64,000 nt of DNA, taken from assembly GCA_963741955.1 (NCBI GenBank), contig CAVUKB010000005.1, positions 448,001-512,000 of the forward strand, in the 5' to 3' direction. The DNA comes from an uncultured Acidobacteriota bacterium. GTDB lineage: Bacteria; Acidobacteriota; Thermoanaerobaculia; Gp7-AA8. Below the pieces are notes generated by a model. It had not been told where the DNA came from and searched no databases. It saw nothing but the letters and a program-made list of their open reading frames with translations. The translations under genes and the position numbers were made by a program. Shown in pieces: positions 59,507-64,000 of this stretch; position 1 is the first letter of the stretch, and each line of letters begins with the position of its first letter.

Positions 59507-60223
59507 TCAACTGGGAAGGCTCTCGGGCTCGTCACCGCGCAGGCTCGCCCGGCTGAAGCCGAGGTTCGAGATCGGCCCGCCGCCGTCCGCGGACGCCACG
59601 ATCAGGAAATCGGGCCCCCACCACTCGTAGAACATCACTTCTTCATCGCCGTCGACGAATGACGGCTCGCCGAGAGCATCGACCAGCTGCGACACCTGCA
59701 GACTGGCGCATGAGAGGCGACTCCCGTCGGGCAGGACCAGCGATGGAACGGCGCCTTCGGCGGTCGCGCCGTCGACGTCCGTCCAATCGAGAGCGAGATC
59801 GATCAGATGGTCCTCCTCCGGGGCCGGACACTCCTCCATCTCCATCTCCTCCAGGAGCGGTTCGATGGGGATCGATTCGTGTGTGCGGCAGCCGGCGCTC
59901 TCGAAAGCATCGGCAGTGAGGAGATTGATCTCCTCCACTTTCATCAGCATCTCGTCGCGATCGTAAAGACACTCCTCGTCGGAGAAAAAGACCAGTTGCA
60001 GGGTCACCGGCGGCTTCGGTTCACGCCGGACTCCCCAGAGCGATCGTCGGGTCACGCCGAGGATGCGCTCGACGTCAGCGCGCGTGTCGTGGATCGAGAG
60101 CGCACCGATCCGTCCTTCGGAGAGGAAGATCTCCGGGGCGCCGAGCCTCTCGATCGGCCAGCCTCGCTCCGCCGATCCCATCAGATCACCTTCGATCAGA
60201 ACCTCTTTCGTCTCATCGCTCAT
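59507..60223 (-). CDS. Acidic hypothetical protein
   Basis: Open frame with plausible composition. No motif recognised; start uncertain. Confidence 0.5.
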   Translation of the reverse strand: MSDETKEVLIEGDLMGSAERGWPIERLGAPEIFLSEGRIGALSIHDTRADVERILGVTRRSLWGVRREPKPPVTLQLVFFSDEECLYDRDEMLMKVEEINLLTADAFESAGCRTHESIPIEPLLEEMEMEECPAPEEDHLIDLALDWTDVDGATAEGAVPSLVLPDGSRLSCASLQVSQLVDALGEPSFVDGDEEVMFYEWWGPDFLIVASADGGGPISNLGFSRASLRGDEPESLPS

Positions 60224-60679
60224 CGGAACCGTTCTCCTGATTCGCGTCGTACCCGGGGACATGAAATTCCTCTGGCCTACTCTCGAAGCATACCCCCTCG
60301 TCCACATTTCTCGCGTGATGTCGGCATGATCCCGCGGCAGCATATGTCGAATGCCTTACATCGAGACGAACCGCGCGCACGGCGTCACGCCGGGATTACG
60401 ACGCGACTATGGAACGCGGACCGTGACCTCGGGCACCACACGGAACGCGCGCGCGGAGAGATCCGTCGCGTTCTGCGAACCGGGACGGCATGCTCCAGGC
60501 GATTTCAGACCGACGATGAGGCTTGATTACGGCCGCGGCCTGACCTCGGGACGCCATTCGAGCCGTTCCTGAATGGCCTGCGGAATTCGGGGCATGGCGA
60601 TCGCAAAGCCGCAACTGGTAACCCACCGTCGACGCAATATACTACCGGAGACTTCAGTCTCCGCTCCGAAGGACTCGCC

Positions 60680-62521
60680 ATGGAATCCCACATCGAACGC
60701 GCCGACCTCGCGCGCATCGTCATCGTCGCGCTCGCGAGCGCCGCGGTCTGGTTCCACCTCTGGGAGCCGTTTGCCCGCGTCAGCCTCATCGGAATCGCCG
60801 CCGCGCTGATCGGAATCTACCCGATCCTCGAGGAAGCTCTGGAAGCGATCGCGGCGCGCCGCATGACGATGGAGCTCTCCATGACGCTCGCGATCGTCGC
60901 AGCGCTCGCGATCGGACAGTTCTTCACCGCTCTGATCATCATTCTCTTCGTCCTCGTCGCCGAAGTCCTCGAAGGGATGACCGTGGGTCGAGGACGCCGC
61001 GCGATCAAGGACCTCCTCGATCTCCTTCCCCGCAGCGCCACTGTGCGGCGGGACGGGAGCGCCCACGAGATCACTGCGGCCGACCTGGAGGTCGACGACG
61101 TCGTGATCGCGAAGCCCGGCGCACGCATTCCGGTCGACGGCGTCGTGGTTGCGGGAAGCTCGTACGTCGATCAGGCGCCGATCACCGGCGAATCCGTTCC
61201 GGTGAGGAAAGTGAACGGAGTCACGGTGTACGCCGGCACGATCAACCAGACCGGCGCTCTCGAGATCCGCACGACCGGGATCGGTCGCGATACCGCCTTC
61301 GGCAAGATCATCGAGGCGGTCGAAGCCGCAGAGCGTTCGCGCGCGCCGATCCAGAAAACCGCTGACCGCCTCGCCGGCTATCTCGTCTACTTCGCCCTCG
61401 GCTGTGCCGTGCTCACCTTCCTCGTCACGCGGAACCTCACTTCGACGATCTCGGTGATCATCGTCGCGGGCGCGTGCGGCGTCGCGGCAGGAACCCCTCT
61501 GGCGATCCTCGGGGCAATCGGACGTGCGGCGCGCGAGGGGGCGATCGTCAAGGGTGGTCTGTACCTGGAGATCCTCAGCCGCGTCGACACCGTGGTGCTC
61601 GACAAGACCGGAACCGTCACCTACGGCAGACCCGAGCTCACTGCGATCCATCCATTGCCCGGCAGCTCCGAACCGGAAGTACTCGCCGCAGCAGCGATTG
61701 CGGAGCGCTCCTCCGAACATCCGTTGGCGCGAGCCATTCTCGAACGCGCAAAGGAGCATGATCTTCCCGTCATCGAGGCGGATACCTTCGCCGCGATTCC
61801 CGGTCGAGGAGTCGTCTGCTCGATCGACGGCGAGGAGATCGTCGTCGGCAACAGGAGCTTCTTCACCGAGCGCGGGATCACGATGCCCGGGACTCCCGAC
61901 GCGTTGGAACACTCCTCGGAAGTCCTCGTCGCACGCGGCGGCCGCATGCTCGGGTCGCTCGAGATCGCCGATCGCCTGCGGCCGGAAGCCGTCGCGGCGG
62001 TCGCGGCACTACACCGTCTCGGCGTGCAGACGGTTCTCCTCACCGGCGATACAAGGCCGATCGCTGAAGCGATCGCGCGCGAGCTCGGCATCGATCGAGT
62101 GGAAGGAGAGCTCCTCCCCCAAGCGAAGCTCGAGCGCATCAAGGCGCTCAAGAGCAGCGGACGGAGGGTCGCGATGGTTGGTGACGGCATCAACGACGCG
62201 CCTGCGTTGATGGAGGCCGACGTCGGAATCGCGATGGGGTCGGGGACCGACGTCGCGCGCGAGAGCGCCAGCATCATGCTCCTGGGAAACGATCTCCGCC
62301 ACTTCGTCGAAACGCTCGAGATCGCACGCCGCACCCACCGCATCATCATGGCGAATTTCAGCGGGACGGTCGCAGTCGACGCGATCGGCGTCGGTCTGGC
62401 CGCGTTCGGCCTCCTCAATCCCCTCTTTGCGGCTTTCATACACGTGACGTCGGAGCTCGCGTTCATCCTCAACTCGGCGCGGCTCCTTCCCGCCGCCTCG
62501 CGTACGCGGACGACCACGTGA
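60680..62521 (+). CDS. Heavy-metal P1B-type ATPase with non-canonical ACG motif
   Basis: TGES, DKTGT, SEHPL, GDGINDAP. VAGACG replaces CPC. Confidence 0.93.
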   Translation: MESHIERADLARIVIVALASAAVWFHLWEPFARVSLIGIAAALIGIYPILEEALEAIAARRMTMELSMTLAIVAALAIGQFFTALIIILFVLVAEVLEGMTVGRGRRAIKDLLDLLPRSATVRRDGSAHEITAADLEVDDVVIAKPGARIPVDGVVVAGSSYVDQAPITGESVPVRKVNGVTVYAGTINQTGALEIRTTGIGRDTAFGKIIEAVEAAERSRAPIQKTADRLAGYLVYFALGCAVLTFLVTRNLTSTISVIIVAGACGVAAGTPLAILGAIGRAAREGAIVKGGLYLEILSRVDTVVLDKTGTVTYGRPELTAIHPLPGSSEPEVLAAAAIAERSSEHPLARAILERAKEHDLPVIEADTFAAIPGRGVVCSIDGEEIVVGNRSFFTERGITMPGTPDALEHSSEVLVARGGRMLGSLEIADRLRPEAVAAVAALHRLGVQTVLLTGDTRPIAEAIARELGIDRVEGELLPQAKLERIKALKSSGRRVAMVGDGINDAPALMEADVGIAMGSGTDVARESASIMLLGNDLRHFVETLEIARRTHRIIMANFSGTVAVDAIGVGLAAFGLLNPLFAAFIHVTSELAFILNSARLLPAASRTRTTT

Positions 62522-62621
62522 CGAGGTTGCGAGTCGTCCGTTGCGGGTTGCCAGTTGCGAATTGCGAATTGCGAATTGCGCAAACCGGTCCACGCTGCTC
62601 CTCTTCCCCGAAAGTCGCCAC

Positions 62622-63097
62622 TTCGTTCAGCCGCCGCCGCCACGCGGCGGTTCGGAGATCGACGAATTGAGGCGGAGCCCCCATGAGCGGGCGACACACT
62701 TCACCCACGAAGCGCTACCCAATCCCACTCGGCAGGACCTCCCCTCTCCCCGTCCGCACTCATGACCTTCAGCCGAGATCCGTCATTCGGGGAGAGGGAA
62801 GGGTGAGGGGCAACCCCGAAAGTTCATCTCGTGGATCGTGCGATGGCTTCCCCTCACCCCCTGGCCCCTCTCCCCGAATAGCGATTCCCGACTGACGATG
62901 AGGATTGCTGACGGGGAGAGGGGAGAGCGACCGTCGCGAGTGCGGAACGACTTCGGCTTACGGGAGCGCCGCTCACTCCCACTCGTGCCACACTCCGCCG
63001 AGCCCGAAGGGCGCCACCTCGTTTAGCCGCCACCGTCAGGCGGCGGTTCGGAGATCCAGAAATAGAGGTGCGAGCCCCCGTGAGGGGGCGACACACC
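62622..63097. repeat. Composite REP cluster: two family-C copies flanking an inverted family-B pair
   Basis: AGCCGCC..GGCGGTTCGGAGATC..GAGCCCCC.TGAG.GGGCGACACA twice. CCCTCTCCCCG..CGGGGAGAGGG at 62742 and 62866. Confidence 0.7.
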
Positions 63098-63276
63098 ATC
63101 TGCTTCTCCTGAACGAATCCGAAATGGCCAAGGCGAGCAACTCCCGTGAGATTCCGACGCCGCAGCGGATCGCCTCATCGCCGCTCCCCTCAAGGGCCGC
63201 CGCGGCCGTTACGGCGGAAGCCGTGCAACCCCGCTGAGATATGCGCGAGCTCGCGCGGGTTGGTTCGCCTGAAATG

Positions 63277-63304
63277 AAAAAGGCGCCCGCGAAGGGCGCC
63301 TTTT
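63277..63304 (-). terminator. Intrinsic (probably bidirectional) terminator
   Basis: AAAAAGGCGCCC-GCGAA-GGGCGCCTTTT just after the transporter stop. Confidence 0.85.
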
Positions 63305-63324
63305 CGTTTCACTCGGTTCGTGGT

Positions 63325-64000
63325 TCAGGGGGCGGGGGCGGATGCGACGGCTTCCGCTTCCGGATCGGTCGGCGCCTGGCTCGCAATCGACAGGCGCTTC
63401 ATCATCGGGATCATCGCCGCGGCGATCAGAGTCCCGAGCACTGCAACGTACCCGAGCTTCATGAAGAGGTTCGTATAGAGCGGCAGCGACTGCACCGGAT
63501 CGGTCACGTTCGCGGGGACGCTGGCGAATGTCGCCACCATGCTGCCGAGGTATTGCGAGATTCCGGTGGCCAGGAACCAGACGCCCATGATGAATCCGCG
63601 CAGGTTCGGTCCGACGTATCGGGCGACCACGGCGAGTCCCAGTCCGCTGATCAGCAGCTCACCGAGCGACTGGAAGCCGTACCCGGTGATCATCCACCAG
63701 AACGAGACCCGTCCGGCATGGGCGAAGTGTCCGCTGAAGCCGTAAGTGAAGAATCCGAGAGCGAGAATCGCGAAGCCCATCGCGAACTTCGTGGCGATGT
63801 GGAAGTCGCCCTTCCCCTTCCCGAGGTGGTTGTAGAGCCACGCGAGCGGTGGGCTGAGGGCGAAGATCCAGATCGGATTGAGCGCCTGAACCTGACCGGC
63901 AGGGACGTTGTAGCCGAAGAAATTCAGGTCGACATTACGCAGCGAGAAGAGGGTGAGCGAGGTCGACATCTGCTGGTAGAAGATGAAGAAGAGCATCCCC
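63325..64000 (-). CDS. POT-family di/tripeptide MFS transporter, 5' part outside window
   Basis: FYQQMSTSL, QALNPIWI, GELLISGLGL, MGVWFLA motifs. Confidence 0.9.
   Translation of the reverse strand, partial: GMLFFIFYQQMSTSLTLFSLRNVDLNFFGYNVPAGQVQALNPIWIFALSPPLAWLYNHLGKGKGDFHIATKFAMGFAILALGFFTYGFSGHFAHAGRVSFWWMITGYGFQSLGELLISGLGLAVVARYVGPNLRGFIMGVWFLATGISQYLGSMVATFASVPANVTDPVQSLPLYTNLFMKLGYVAVLGTLIAAAMIPMMKRLSIASQAPTDPEAEAVASAPAP

Noticed and set aside
1-64000. tRNA, rRNA, reverse-transcriptase systems (retron/DGR/group II intron), prophage
   Set aside because: No recognisable tRNA/rRNA signatures, no YxDD RT ORF and no phage structural genes were seen by eye.

Overview
High-GC bacterial chromosome segment. 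Gene content (IPTL-CTERM adhesin, LRR surface protein, multiheme cluster) suggests an Acidobacteriota/Thermoanaerobaculia-like organism; this is inference only. Main parts: (1) 1-15.3 kb, an eight-gene redox operon with FHA proteins, a flavo/cNMP/4Fe-4S oxidoreductase, a heme-b-type membrane protein, three multiheme c cytochromes (about 25 heme motifs), a tandem GlcG protein and a beta-barrel. (2) Large tandem arrays of a ~190-bp REP/REPIN-like unit, one split by an intact IS1182 with a CTAG target duplication. (3) Accessory and metabolic genes: GntR, GH-A hydrolase, PPK2/PAP, ornithine cyclodeaminase, a 2.4-kaa adhesin, ECF41/CMD, HicAB, an LRR protein, a P1B ATPase and a POT transporter. (4) The most unusual region, 37.8-44.2 kb: an integron-style cassette array with four well-formed attC sites and no canonical IntI. 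One 'cassette' is itself an inverted module encoding an IntI-related tyrosine recombinase (no I2 insertion) and an IS91-type HUH/Y2 transposase, with ends formatted as complementary attC R boxes. No rRNA, tRNA or CRISPR was seen. Domain calls come from motif recognition, not database searches.
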